From NCBI GenBank assembly GCA_964016885.1, contig OZ024740.1, forward strand, positions 58,094,001-58,158,000: DNA of 64,000 nt, written 5' to 3'. The notes beneath the pieces are model-generated. The model was not told the origin of the DNA, made no database searches, and saw only the letters and a list, made by a program, of their open reading frames with translations. The stretch is from Eledone cirrhosa. Its lineage: Eukaryota. Numbering within the stretch: position 1 is the stretch's first letter; the number at the start of each line of letters is the position of its first letter. The position numbers were made by a program, and so were the translations under genes. Below, piece by piece: positions 37,444 through 52,389 of this stretch.

Positions 37444-38780
37444 CACATGCACATATAACATGTCATTACCTTTGAGAGGTGTAATTGTGTCAGCTTTCAT
37501 TACCTCATCCCAAATCTTCCTAGGCCTGCCCACACCATGGCTACCATCGACTTTGAGCGTTCTGCATGTTATTATACAGCTGTTATCCTTCATATGCATC
37601 ACATGTCCATACCAATGCAATCTCCTCTCCTGCATGCAACAACTAATCCCTCTTATGTCGAATTCTCACGCAGTATATTTATAATTTGCTGCTCACGTAT
37701 ATTGCTATTGCATATCCAGCAAAGAATGGAGGCTTCATTTCTTTCCAATCTTGGCAGATCCTCAGCACACAGTGCCCAGGTCTCGTTGCTGTGCAACATT
37801 GTTGTTCATATAAATGCACCATACAGTCTGCCCTTCATGTTGAGGGAAAAACCTTTTGTAGTTAGTAACGGTAGTAGCTCCCTGAATTTTCTCCAACCTG
37901 GCTACTGTGCTTTCAGAACACCCTCCTCCACTACTGATTTGGTCACCCAGGTAATGGAAACTATCAACCAAGCCCTCTGAGCATTTGAAGGTGGTTGCAT
38001 CCTGAGGGTTCTTGCTACTTACTGCCCCTGTGCACTTGCCACAAGTAAAGCCTACATTTTTTGTTAGTCGGTCTGAGATGCCACTACATCTCTTGTGTAT
38101 CCATTGCTTGCATTTGCTACATAGAATGGAATTTCTACCTACTCCTTTTCTGCACATAGAGCAGGGCCATTTCCCAGAGGAGATCTGGGCCCTCTTAGCC
38201 CTTCTACTTACTAGTCTTTTCCAGGTTGACTTTAAGACTTTTAGATTCTAGGCCTTGCTTCCAGGTTTGGAATTTCATCTCTAGTTCAGCTATAGATTCT
38301 TCTATGAGGGTTAGATAATCAGAATACAGAAGTTCCCATGGGCAGCCGGTCTTAAACTCCTCCGTTATTGCCTGCAGAATGATAATAAACAGAAGAGGGC
38401 TAAGAACAGCGCCCTGATAGACACCAACCTGCATGCTAAATTCTTCACTATAGTCATTGTTAATTCTAACCTTACTGGATGTTCTTCTATACATTGCTTG
38501 AATTGCCCTCACAAACCATTTTTGTCAACTCCTAGTTTCCTAAGAGCCCACCAGATAATGGAATAGGGGACTCTGTCAAAAGCTTTCTCAAGGTCGATAA
38601 AAGCCAGATAGAGGGGCTTACTCTTAGCTAGGTACTTCTGCAGTTGTCTTACAAGGAAGAGGGCATCTGTGGTACTCTTACCTGGGACAAATCCAAACTC
38701 TCTCATCTATGTTAACACGTTCTCTAATCCGCTGAGCTAAGACTCTTTCAGTGACCTTCATAACCTGGTCAACCAACTTG
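37168..38780 (-). mobile_element. RTE LINE (RT + PHD-like finger), frameshifted
   Basis: FGFVPGKSTTDALF, AFIDLEKAFDRVP, GVYQGAVLSPLLF, CRKGVGRNSILCSKCKQWIHKRCSG, RLHWYGHV. Same family as 25144-26580. Confidence 0.9.
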
Positions 38781-39137
38781 TCTATTTATAATGTTTGCTT
38801 CGAATAAGAGTATTGATTGATTAATTAAATTATGGTATGTATAATCTTCACCAGAAACTCTTATATTTACTGTTGTTAACAACAAGGATTAAAAACAGTA
38901 CCCTTTTGTTTACGTATATATTTTTATGAAATAAAGCGGAAGCAACTTTTGTAATAATTAAATAAATACAATTTCAGTGAGATTATATTAGTTATAACAA
39001 TAAGGAATGATTTGAAATAAATCAAAGGCTGTTGAATAATGTGTTAACAAAATGACCAGGTCACTTTATTGCTGTAATAAATAGTGAATAGTGATTTCAA
39101 TGAAATTCAGTGATATGATGGGGGGTGTATTATATAT

Positions 39138-39205
39138 ACACACGCACACGCACACGCACACGCACACGCACACGCACACGCACACGCACACAAAGAGAGA
39201 GAGAA
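39138..39205. repeat. (CACACG)n hexamer plus (GA)n microsatellite
   Basis: Directly visible. Confidence 0.9.
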
Positions 39206-40059
39206 TAATAATGTAGAATTAGTTATTATTTTGATCTAAAGGAAATGTTTTATGGTTAATCAAAATTCTCTTCTATGGTTATTCAACATTTTCAACATAA
39301 TTTCAAAGGTAGAAAGAACCTATTATTTTTATTTGGCTTTGAAACGAAGTATTATTCTGAGAAATTATAGAAACCTACCCAGAAAGTATAATGTAATAAT
39401 TCTTTAATGATTTTTTTTTTTTGACAAATAAGCATTATTTGATTTAACTACTCATGGTAGCTATGTTCCTCAAATAACTGAAATATTTGATGAAATTATT
39501 TTCAGACTATGGATACTATAAGCAGTATTTAATAATTTTGCTAATGAATATAATACAAAATGTATTCTAAAACGAAAAAAGAAAGAATTACTTTAAAATG
39601 CATATATGCTTTTAATACTTCAGTACAAATCAAAATAAAAACAAACCAACAACTGGGTATCTGATATTGATGATTAAATGAATTGATGATATGTCAAAAT
39701 GTTAATATGGTGAATACTTTGAACAACTCTAAATAAAGTTTGTGAAATAGGTTTTTTGTTGTGTTAGTATAAAGTTTCCTATGGTTTGAGATTTGAACAG
39801 GAAGAATTGCCCAAATTTGCTCAATTACTGTATACAAAATATTTTTACGATAGTAATGTCATTTTTATCAAATTGAAAATGTTCAAAATGCTAATAAAAT
39901 ATTTAGCATAGATTTATTTGTAAAAATAAAATTTCAATTGTGATACTTTCAAGGCTGATGTGAATGCAATAGCTTTCGTGGATAAGGTATTATCTTCACA
40001 GTCATCTTCCTTATATACTAAACTTGATATACAAGCAGCTATTATCAGGATCATATTTA

Positions 40060-40760
40060 TGTCTATTTTGCTATTTTTGAAGTATAGCATTTTTCCATTT
40101 GTTGTTCTCTTTTGTAAAATCCTTTGTGGTGTGGTGTTCAGCCTCTTGAGATCAGCTTTCACCATTTACTTCTATGTCTTTATTGATATTTATAATTTGC
40201 ATGTTCCTTCTACTTGGTTTGCTTCGTACTTGTTTTTCCAGCTCTATGCATCACATGTCCATACTAATGCAGTCTTTTCTCTTGCACACTACATCAAATG
40301 TCTCTTATAGCTGGTTTCTCTCTGTTTATTTATGTTCTGTAGGTTGTGCACACTAATATTGTACACCCAGTGTAATCTCATTTCATTACAGCCTTTGTAC
40401 ATCCTTTACATTTAGTGTTCATGTTTTGTTACCTTGAAACAATGACTTCATACAGTCGTCTGCCCTTCATTCAGAAAAAGAATCTCTTTGTTGGCAGAAG
40501 AGGTAATACCTCTCTGACCCCCTCCCCTCTATTCTCACTCTGGCTACTATACCTTCAGAACATCTGTTTCCACTGCTATTTAGATCACCTAGGTATTGGA
40601 AGCTTCTACTACTTCCAAGAAGTTTTCTTATCATTTGAAATAATTTTTTCATGGGTTCCTTTACTGCTATATACAAAATCTTTCTTCTCTGTCAGCTTGC
40701 CTGTGATACCATTCTAGTTAGCTCATAGTTTAAATACGGTATGCAGTACTGGATTTCTAC
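40060..40760 (-). mobile_element. Old RTE LINE 3' fragment
   Basis: FQYLGDLNSSGNRCSEGIVARVR and VKADLKRLN fragments. Confidence 0.65.
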
Positions 40761-42169
40761 CTACCGTATATACTTTTAAACCAGATGCATTTTTTTTCAC
40801 TAAAAAAAAATTAGGTACGGAATACTGTATGTGACTAAACCTTGTTCTGGACTTGAAATTTGTAACACGCATTCATACAATCAAACACTGATAAATGATT
40901 ATGCTGGATTGGTTAGTCATATCACTACTCAAGCTCCATGAATATCAACAAAGCAAATTTATGTTGAAAAATGACTACTTAAGCAGAATTTGATTTTGCA
41001 ACCTCCTATGATGATAGAAAGACTCATAAATTTATATTTACAGGACTTGCACATGTGTGAAATATTTATGCACAGGTCACTAAAAGCTGGCTGTAATCTT
41101 TAAGGCACAATAGTAGCCTGTAAATCAGGAGTTGGGATTTAAAAGTACCACTTAATCTGTTTGTTTTGGGTATAGTTCATAGGAACACTTGCTACAATAT
41201 TGTTCCAAGCTTTGGCTAGACTTTATTGGGAATGATTTTTTCATTTAAAAGCAACTACAAATGAATTTGAAAATAGTGTTTAGGAATAGCAACATGCAAC
41301 TTATCTGCAGCTCAAAGGCTGTAGCCAGAATATTATAAACACAGAATATAGCTTATCTATTGTTGCAATTTATATATATGTGAATATACATGTTTATCTA
41401 ACTAGGAAGAAAGCATTGGATGTACTACAGCTGAAAAACAAATATGGGATAATCATAACTAGAATGCTTTTCTTCATAATTAAAACTGACCTAGGATTAA
41501 ACATCAGCAACAAATGATAATATATGCCACGTCTCATTCTTCTAAAGCAATAAATCCACTTAAAAATATTAAAACTTTTAAAACAAAGCAAATGAGTTTT
41601 TCCTCTGTTAACACAATTGCTATGAAGAAAAGTAGTTGTTAACTCATAATATTTGTAATGTAAAAATTTTAGAATTACATTTTGAAGGCGATTTACACCT
41701 AACACATGAATAATAAGGTTATTTAAGATGGTAATAAAAAAAAAAAACTGTCAAATAAATCTGAGATTCAGATATTTTCTGTTTGGCTGGACATTTTTGG
41801 TAGCAATAAATTGAAATATTCACTTGATGCCTTTGCTAAATAGGAAATCAATACTTGTATAAAACAAAATTTGATAAAAAATTGTTCTGCACAAGTTCTT
41901 GTATCATTTTCTTTGTCAAAATAGCTACAGAAGCTACAGATAAGTATAAATATATGTTTATAACGATAACCTAAAATATGATGAAATAATGTTAGTTATT
42001 TTTGTCTATTTTCTTTTGGTATATTTTTTTATATCCTTGATATTTCATATTAAAAGAATGGGCAAGATTTTAACTTTAATATATTTTGTGCCATGACAAT
42101 AGCCTTCTATAAATGATTAAAAAATTTATTTTATATATATATCATATATTTTATCTGAGTATAAAAGGA

Positions 42170-43052
42170 ATAGAATGCAATGTACAAGATGGACGATTAT
42201 GCAGGTATGGTCATGTGATGCATTAGAAGAATGGTAGTTGTATAAAAAAAGGTTGAGCACTTGAAGTAGATGGAAACTGTGGTTGGGACGAATGAAGGGA
42301 AACATAAGATGAAGTGAAAAATGTCAAGAAATTGAACCATATGAAGGAGATAATACAGGATCAATTTGACTAGTGATTTGTCTTGCTACAAAAGACCTCC
42401 CCATTAGTATAAGCACTGAGATGCTAAAAGTAAATGTGAAGATCAGAGACTACATACAGTAGAGAGGTCTTTTTAGCCTATGATGGATAAGACAACATTC
42501 AGTACCTCCTGTAAAGTGGTAATGAACAGACTATGAAAACATAGAATTAAGAGAACTTTCTGGCTCTGTTAAGTACTTGACAACCTCTCTAGTGTTGGCC
42601 ATAATATAAAATACAACCGGTACACTTGTAAAAGGTTTGGTGATCAAATGAAGATAATGTTGCGTAAGGAGTATTCTTCAGTCTGGTCAAGCACATGACA
42701 ACTTCAGTAGTGCTGGTACCATGATAGAATGCATCCAGTAAACTCTGTAAAGTGTTAGTGCTGGTGCCACAATAAAATGCACCCAGTACACTTTGTAAAG
42801 TGTTAATCCTGGTGTCATGATAAAATGTATCCAGTTCATTCTGTAAAGTAAGTGTTGTTGCCAGAATAAAATGCACTTGGTACATCCTGTATGGTGGTTG
42901 GTGTTGGGAAGGGTATCCAGCTATAGAAACTGTACTAAATTTGGAACACATGTGAAAGGTGAGGTCTCTTCAATCCATCTCCTCTTAAACTGTGAAGAAC
43001 TGTCCAACCCATGCCAGCATGGGAAGTGAACATGAAATGATGATGATGATGA
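42170..43052 (+). mobile_element. Old RTE 3' end/UTR with internal ~40-bp tandem repeats
   Basis: WYGHV remnant. Repeats of aatgcacccagtacactctgtaaagtg..gtgctggtgcca (42710-42890). Tail ccatgccagcatgg..tgatgatgat. Confidence 0.6.
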
Positions 43053-44999
43053 TAAGCATTTTTTTTCTCTGAAAGATTACTTGAGTTTTAAATTGTAGTT
43101 AATCATTTTAGAACATTAAATTGCAAAGCTGGTAATAGGCCCAAGACTTTATGTAAATTGTAGACCACCAAAACTGGTAATAGGCCCAGGTTAAATGTGA
43201 AATGTCAACTCCATTTTAAACTACTCTTTAAGTATTTAAGTAATTAGTGCTAAATACATGCAATTATGTATATACATGTCACAAGTAATAGAACAGATTA
43301 AAAGAACTAGTGAGACAAATTATAGGCTAATGCGAATTGGTCAACCTTTTCTCACACCTGATCTGGCTTGCATATACTAACAACTTGATCCCAATAACTT
43401 ATATTAAATATTTTTTCTGGAATTTATGAAATAAGTTGTTCTTATTTGTTATCTATTAACATGTAAAATGTAGTAGTATTTGTAAAGAGGATAGACAGGT
43501 GGATTTATACTTGTTTCTTTTGCTTGAGCCCTTCATTTTTTAGATTCAGATGTTATCAACATTGTCTATGATTTTTAGCATTACAGAATCAATGATGTTT
43601 AATAATATATTGAGTTAAATTATTTGTATATATCTTTTGTATCCTTTTAAAAGAGATTTTCTACCTAATCAGGAATGTACTTAGTGCAAATTTTCTTTGA
43701 GTAAATGCCTAATTATTTTTATCACATAATAATTCTGTGAGGAACAAATGTCACCAGAATCAGAATAATGAACTAAATCAGCTTGTGATTTTATGGTTAC
43801 CAAGAATTGAATGGAAGTGATTTGAGCCAACTTATTAGTGGCAATGAACATAAGTAATTATTGATTTACTGAAACGAATGTACATTGTATAATTGAGGTA
43901 ATTAAGGTTAGTAATAAAATCATGAAACTTTCACTAATGTTGTGTTCTATGTCAGCCATTACAATCTTTACATATACTCTTCAATACAATGACTAGACAA
44001 AGAAAATAACTTTTTTCCATAAGGTCCTTATCTAAAAATCATCCCAAAGATAGATGGCCATAATGTCACTATATGGATAAGGTTTAACAATGAATCCTGG
44101 TTCAGTATTCTGGTCTTGACAATGCTCAACTGTAAAACCACCAGCCCAGTACTATATTCTACTGTGGTCTTCTGTTTACTACTGTTATTTAGTCTGCTTT
44201 CTGTGCAAATTTGATCATTTTACATAGATACTTTAGCTTTTGGGAAGGCATTGCTGTGATTTCTATTTAGTTTGTACATTTAATATCCTTTTTTTATTTT
44301 CAAGTTTAAATGTTGAATATCATTTTTTCAGTAGTTTTCATGTGGATGTGCAGTGCAGGGTTAGGGATCACACATATGGCAGGTTAAAAGGATTGATGGC
44401 TATTTTGAAAAACATCAGTATGGTTACTTGTGTGTATAGTTTTCACCATAGATTAGAAATGGAGAGGGAACTAGGGCTATAGATTTTTGTTATATGAATG
44501 ATTTTACAATTTTCTCCAAGCCAGCCAACTAGTAATTTAGCAGTCATTTGTATCAAGGAGCCAAGTAAATTTTATCCTGACTATGAAATGAAAGAGATCA
44601 TCATTTTACATCCATTTTCCTCATTGGCATTGGTTGGATGAGCTGTCACAGAACAACACTGAGTCAGATCAACCTACCTTGCTCACACATTCCATATTTA
44701 ATCATGGTTTCTATGGCTGGATGCTTATCTTGATGTCAACCACCTTACAGAGTGTACTGAGTGTCATTTTTCATGGTATCTCCACTACTACCACTTTACA
44801 GAGTGTACTGGATGCATTTTATTATGGCATTGGCACTAGAGTGATTGTTAGGTGCTTGTCCCAACTGTAAAGTCTTCTCAAACTTTATAATGTCTTTGTT
44901 CAATCACCAATACTGTAGCCTCTGTCCACTCATTACATTTACTTTCTGTATTGCAGTGCTTGTACAGGAAAGCAACTCTGTTTAAATCAAGCTTAAACT

Positions 45000-46300
45000 T
45001 GTGAAGAATGCATCCTTTCAAATAGATTAGTAGTTTATTCAGGAATATAGGTAAAAGGATTGTAAGTTGGAAAAGTATGTGTGGAATTGAAGTAAAAGCC
45101 AGGTTCAAATGGTATTAAATGTTGACATAACTTCTATTCCATATATTTCTAGTGAGCAGAAGTTCTTAACCAAGAATAACAACTCTACTTTTTATTTGTC
45201 AATTAAAGAATGCTTTGATAGAATCTATAATCTGAGGTTTACTAGGTATTGATAAAATTAGGTATAGATTTAAAGCTTGTAAAAGTGGTTTAGATCATAT
45301 AAATGTGTTGTGTGGATTTTTGATGTATTTCTTAAAGCATTCTCACATGAATTCAGTAAAGTATTAAGTTTATAAGTAGATATTCTTTTTGAATTCTGTT
45401 CTCAGCTCTCTTCTGTTCACTCTAGTCCTAAAGACAATCATAGAGAAGCTTAGTGTTTTTTTCTGGAAATCTTTGAATGTTGGGTATCTTGTTCTTTGTA
45501 CAGAATCTGCTAATAAACTGCTGGGAAAGTTTGAAACTTGAAAGAATAAACTAGAATCAAAAGATCTCATGGTTAACATACCAAATACAAATGTATCATT
45601 TAGGAAGTATTATTGAGGAAGTAGTCTTCCTTGATATCTAAGAAAAGAGTAACTAAAAAAGCCAATAAGCAGTAGATGCTTATGAGATGAAATAGAATCT
45701 CTGACATTGAACCAGAAATATTAGATTTGCAGGAGTAGATAGTAGCACGAGCAGTCACAAAGTGAAAATTATAACCTTTTACTGGAAATAGTTGATTAGT
45801 TCCATATATGTAATACATTTGGTGCTGAAAGCTAATATAGTGAAAGAATAGTAAGAAATCCAAATAACTTTTGTTTCTGTTAAGGACAAATAATTTCTCT
45901 TTTTGTGCAAAGAATAAGCTTTATGAGGTATTTAAAGAAGTACAATACAGTGGGTAAGGTCTGCTGGGGCTGGAGAAGAATAAGGAGAGTTTGGTTTGTT
46001 AAAGATTCATGGTTAGTTTGCAGGAAAGGTTGTCATAAGTGATGTGACAAAATACCCAGCCACTGGGAAATGTGTATAGGAGAGTTGTTTACACTAGTAT
46101 GGATTGATTAATATATAATATTGTTAGAAGGAAGAAGAGTTGTGAGTTGATAGAGGTAGATGAAGCAAGATTTTAAAGATCAACTTCGATAAGAAGGTTT
46201 CTTGGTTTAAGTGTCACAATATTTGGACATGCAGTTATACCGTATTGCAAAATTTCCAACTCTTAACATTTAAAGATATGTTGTAAAGATAATAGTGATG
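45000..46300 (-). mobile_element. Possible very old non-LTR element (ORF1/APE-like)
   Basis: Only weak fragments (RNLLIEV, ISFQ..VKGYNFH) and strand-biased composition. Confidence 0.25.
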
Positions 46301-47349
46301 ACAATGGTGAAAGATATATTTGTCTTCACATGAGTAAAATTCAAGATAAACCTGGAATAGGATTGAAGTATGAATTTGGTTATAAAAATTTTCTCTAAAT
46401 GCCAGTAAAATCTTTCAAAAAGTGTGACATATGTCAAAATCTGTTTCTCATTATTGTATCTGAATATTCGCTTCTGCCATACTATATCCACTCATGTTAA
46501 TGACTTTCTCTCAAATACCACTCCTATCAATCCTGATAATCTAGAGTATCTATTATTCTAAATCTCTCTTCTTTAAGGATCTATTTATGATATCATATGA
46601 TATAATCATCCACTTGTCCATATTCTTCAAATCCAATGCTTTATTTACTTCTAATAACAGACTGAGAACATAACACTGAATATTAAGCTTTGCATCAAAT
46701 ACATGTAGTCTCTCAGCTTGAGGGCTATTTTTAAATAGAGTAACATTTAACCCTCCCAAGTGTATTAAATGCAAAAACCTCACCAATGCCCTGCCTTTGT
46801 GAGAATCTAGACAGGTTATAAACACTGACTTGTCTTACTAGAAAAGATGGTGTGAAACTTCATCAATATCAAATGAATTTATAATAGTTATATATATATA
46901 AAATATGGAAATTAGACAAGATTGCACATGCCTATTGTTAAAAAGACAGCAACACTAAATATCATTATTAATCTAATAATGTGATATTAGTGTACTATTT
47001 ATTGATATGAAGTGCTTCTGGTATTAGTGTAAATTTATATTATGTTTAAAATTAACTATGTGAATTAATATCACACTTATAGTTGTTCAAATTAACTGAT
47101 CATATAATTTTAAGTATTTTGTGCATCTTTACTGTATTTGCCTAATATCTGTTGGATATATGTATGTTTACTTATAAAGTAGCTAGTCACTTAAAATGTT
47201 TTACAAGTATGGTTGAAGGTAAGAATTTCAAATTTTACTGTTATATATGGTGATAGGCTGGCAGGGTTGTTAAAGCATTGAATAAAAGGTACCGGAATGT
47301 TACCCATAGTCTGCTGGGCTGAAAGTGGTATCAAAAGCAATGGGTGTAA

Positions 47350-47860
47350 GATCAGTCCGCTGAAATTTGCAGATTACATGGTGCTACTTAATTCATCGGA
47401 TGAGGATCTCTGACATGCACTGGATAGGTTTGCTGCTGAGTGCTGCATGGCAGGAATGAAAATCACTCTTGTGAGGATTGAGACATATTTTCTCAAGAAA
47501 GTCTGCAGTGCACTCTGCATAGGAATGGAATTCAACTGCAGTAGATGAAGTTTGAGTATCTAGGGGCTGTTTTCATGAGTGAAGGAAGGCAGGAGACTGA
47601 ATTAAATGCAAGAATTGCAGTAATGCATCAGCTTCAACACTTCAGTCATCTGAAGAAGGGAGGTAGGTGTAAAAGCCAAACTTGCCATCTTCACTTCAAT
47701 GTTGATGCTTGGAAGTTATGAATCTTGGATATGACTGGAAGATTATGCTCACGAATGCTCATGGCTGAAATGGGGTTTCTTCAATGGGTTACTCAATAAG
47801 ATGCTTGGAGAGGAGACCAGAAGTCGAGCTGCTTCTCTGAATTGAGAGATCAAAGCTCTA
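47350..47860 (+). mobile_element. Fragment of the second RTE family
   Basis: Nucleotide similarity to 19610-19990 (gaattaaatgcaagaattgc, gtaggtgtaaaagccaaact). Confidence 0.7.
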
Positions 47861-49321
47861 GTACTACAGTACTAAGGAAATAATCTCTGGACAGATTTTG
47901 CAGGGTAAAAAAAAAAAAAATGACAAAACAAAACAAGATTTTCCCCCTATATATTTCATATTTTGATCTTATCAAATGATGAACAAAGAAAAAAAGAATC
48001 CTCTTGTTCTCATGAACATTCCCTTTTCTGTGGAAAGGTTTGTAGAAACAGGGCACTTAATTTTTTTTTTTTTTTTTTTTTTTTTCATTTGAAAAGGTCT
48101 TAGCCTTGAAATATCATGAAATATATAGGGTTAAAATATTCTTATTTATTACCATAGTTCCATCTTTATATTTCTATTTGCATTGTACCAGCTTTCCCAA
48201 CACTTTTTATTATTTATTACATATCTCACATTGCTTCACATAAACTATAATCAACTTTCTGACATTAATGTTTTTATTCCTTGTTGTTCCTGTGTTCAAT
48301 ATCCTTAGTTAACTAGACCATGATAGATTTATGGCACTAATTTACCTAATTAAATGCTCAGAAGTATCTGTAGACAGAAGCCACTGTATGCTTCCAAAGT
48401 GGTTCATGTCTAATGAAGTGCTATGTAATAGAACCTGCTGCAGCTGTTACTTTGTCAGAAAATGAGTGAAAGCTCTCTTGTGGCTAATGTGGTAGCCACC
48501 TAAAGTTGACACAATAAACTTTGTCTGTGTACAGCTGTTTTAATTCTACAGACGTTGTTAGAGTTGGTTTTAACATGCAATTATTTTTGGCAAGTATATA
48601 TATATTTTGTGTTTGGATGAGATAAGAGGCGATGGTTTTAAGATTGTGTTGTAGTAATCTTCTGGAATGTAGAAGTAACATAAAGTGGTTAAGGTATTGA
48701 ACTACATTCGCATAATCTTTGAATTCAAATCTATTGCAAGTGTTTTCATCTGCTCATAATTCTACATGCGTTATTTCACCTAGTTTTCACAAATAGAATC
48801 CAACTTTCTCAGAATGTCTCTAGCATCCTGTCTGATTTGTCTCTCATGTGTTAAGATGGTTTTATGCATTTCTTGTGGATTAGTGCTATGATTTCCTTAG
48901 TTTATCTGAATGTCATGTCAATGAGTGTTCACAATGTGTTTAATTGACATTTTTTGTATTTGTTATTGCTAAGATACCATGTTGTGTAAAGATGTTAATG
49001 GATGTAATGTGTTGTGTGTGATTCTTTTGTGACATGGGAATTGAAATTTTGCTAAATTTTATGTATACTACAAGAATATTTTCTCTTGGGCTTTTGCAAG
49101 TAAAGCATTAGACCTACTTATTACTACTGATAATATACTCTTATGGAGCTAAAGTTTCAATTTGTGAATTTATGGTTTGAGGTGTTCTATTTTCATGGAG
49201 CTGTTAGAAAATGTGATTGTATTGTTGCTACCAAACAATGCTATGTATACAGTGTGAAAGATTTATAAGTGTAGATTGAAGTGGATGAAGATAATTCAGA
49301 AAACCATGGGTTATGTAGATT

Positions 49322-49695
49322 ATCATCATCATCATCATCTTCGTTTAACATCCATCTTCCACGCTAGCATGGGTTAGACGGGAGTTGTCCCACTTGAGGC
49401 AAGGTTGGTCGGGTGACCGTGTCTCGCTCATATAGAACTATCTGGCAGGTTTTCTACGGCTGGATGCCCTTCCTACGACCAACCACATTTACAGTGTGGA
49501 ACTGGGAACTTTTTACTGTCTTACCTACACAGCCACATTACAGCGTGGACTGTGTGTTTTTTGTCATGACACCTACACGATCTCGATATCATTATCTCCT
49601 TTATTTGGACTGGATGTTGTGGTACCAACTTTACAGAGAGAGGGTGGTGTTGGTGGGAGGATAGGGTAGGGGTAGTGGATTGGGGTGTATATTTG
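49322..49695 (-). mobile_element. RTE LINE 3' UTR fragment
   Basis: Reverse complement of 26240-26580, with a (CAT)n tail. Confidence 0.8.
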
Positions 49696-52389
49696 GTTAT
49701 CATGTATATAAAATAGACCTAACATTATATTTTTACGAAAATGTGTTTTTTAATGAGTGGGTAATGGAACTTTGTTTTCAATAAAAACCACAATACCACT
49801 CAAAGTTTTTGTGACAGCCAGGTAGTCTAAAAACTGAAGCCAGTTGTTGAGGGATCAAACCAACACACTACAAAGCATGATACGCTATTAAAAGCCTTCT
49901 TCATGTCACTGATCGTTAGGTATAGTAGCTTGTTCTTAACAAAGAACTACTGTAGTTGTCTCACTACTAAGAGAGTATCAGTAGTTCTGGCACCAACCCC
50001 AAACTGTATCTCATCTAAGCTAATTTTCTTAATTATTTGTGCTGTACCTCATTTTATTACTTTCATAACTTTATCTGTTTGATCCATCTATAGTAACTTT
50101 TTTAAAAGTACTTCTTTTGATTGTGTGCAGTTGATGATACTGGTATGCCAGTTATTGAGAATGACCATTTCCTGTACAACTTGATTAACTATAAGCAATT
50201 AACACATATCCTACTTGTTGGTTATTTTAAGTATTTCAATAAACATCCCTGTTTTCATATCTTTAATGGTAATTTCAATAGCTACTCCTTATGTTGAGTC
50301 TACTTGGAGTAGTTCCTCTTCCTCACACACATTCTCTACATCCAGTAACTTTTCCTAATTTTTCCAAACATTTCCCAAGGTTTTTAAAGATGGTTCAATA
50401 ATTCTACCCAGACCTGAAGACCTTTGCTCAGTTTGATGGCTTTTCTTTGGTCTGAAGCTAGGCTGCATATTTAACCCTACCCCCACCTTATTTAGCAGCT
50501 TCTATGCAGGCATGCTGAAGCATTTAGAACATCAGTTGATAATATCTACCTTCATATCAAATCAGATGGGAAGCTTCCCAGTTTATAACAGGTGAGGATG
50601 AAAATGAAAGTACATGGAATACGTAACAGGGCATGTTTACAGATGTTGCACCAGCAACATAGTTTTAGGTGCCACTGCAGTGTCTAATGGACAGTTTTTT
50701 AAGAACATTGTTGAGACTCACAAAGGAAATGATGAAGGAACTTGGTGAGTGGAGAGATGATGTGCTGAAAAGAACCCATCTAACCAGTGCAAGCAAAGAA
50801 AAACGGACATAATATGATCTTAATATCCCGATTTCACCAGCTAAATATCCCACTCTCCTTGTCAATGTCGAATTTGCTTAATTTTCCTCCCCCTCCCAAC
50901 CCTCCCCCGATAGACCTTGTCTGCCAAATCCACACATCCAAACATGAAAGATAAACACACTCTACATCTTATCTCCCACAGTACTGTAACCACGACAAAA
51001 GCACTAAATCCACCCTGTGTACTGATCTGGTGCCACAACAAAAACACCCAGTAAGGTGGTTGTGCTGGTGATACTTTAGAAAGCACCGAGTCCACACTGT
51101 AATATGGTTGGTGTTGGGAATGGCATCACAGCATCCAGCTGTATGAGCAAGATATGCTCATTTAACCTGAATTGTCTCATAATGTGACAATCTGTCTAAC
51201 CTATGCAAGTGTTAAACATGGATGTTTAATGATTATATATATATATTTATATATAAAAGGTGAAATTGGAAATCGCACGGAAAATATATTTAAGGATGTT
51301 TTTCTTTTTTATTCCATTCTTTGATTCGTCAAAGTGACATTATTGAAAAAATGAGAGGGACAATTCTTTTGAAAAAAGAGTTTTTTAATGTATATAAAGT
51401 ATAACTGGTTTCGATGTATTGGTAAAGTCCATCTTATCAAATGTTGAGTATTACAATTAAAAAGAATTAATAAAAATTAAAAATTAAAAATGAAGTGTTG
51501 AGGCAAGGTTTTTCATTTTCCTTGTTGAGAAGGAGATCGGAAAAATGAAATCTTGTGTATAGAGAGAGAGGAAGTCATGATGGTAGCAGCAGCAGCAGTG
51601 GTGGTAGTTGTATTTTCACACAGAACAAAATTGTTTTTAGGGAGAGGAAGATATTCTGTAAATATGTGTGTGTATCTCAATTTTGTTAATGGACTGGTCA
51701 AGAGTTCAGACGGGGGTGGTGAAGAGGGGAAATGTAAGCTAGAGACAAATTCTATGGGGGTAAATGGGATTTGCAAAAGTATGGTTGTAAAAGAAATTCT
51801 ATTTTTGGAATATCGTTTTAGAGAGTATGAGTATGTACATGTGAGAGTGTATATATAAAAATACACATGTGTGTGAGGTTAGAGTATTAGCTATATTCAC
51901 ATTTGCTCACGTGTATTCACTCAATGAGATATGGTATAAACTTTTTTCGAGCAAAACCTGTTTCAGAGTACTAACAAAGAGTACTATTTGTAATGTGGTG
52001 TTTGCACTTATATGTCCAGTCCCAGGGTTTCTGCCAATGCAGAAAGTTATAAGTGCAATTTACTGAAAATTGTGATAATGCATTGATTTCATCAGCAGAC
52101 AATGAAAAGAGAGACAAGAAAGTTTGTTCTAACTCTGTGAATGTGAGAGAAATTACTGCTATGACAGTTGTCTGCAGCAGGTAGTGACGTCACATGAGGG
52201 AGAATGGTCTCTTGTTCACCATAGGATAGTGCTAAATGGTGGCAAAATTTGAAATAGAATATATTTCAATTCATTTGCCATAATTTAGATATCAACCAGT
52301 TTGGGAAAAATAAAAACAGAATTGTACAGAAACACGGAGGTGAAAAGGAAATCAATGCAATTTACTTACATTACTGGTTGTCTGTAAAG

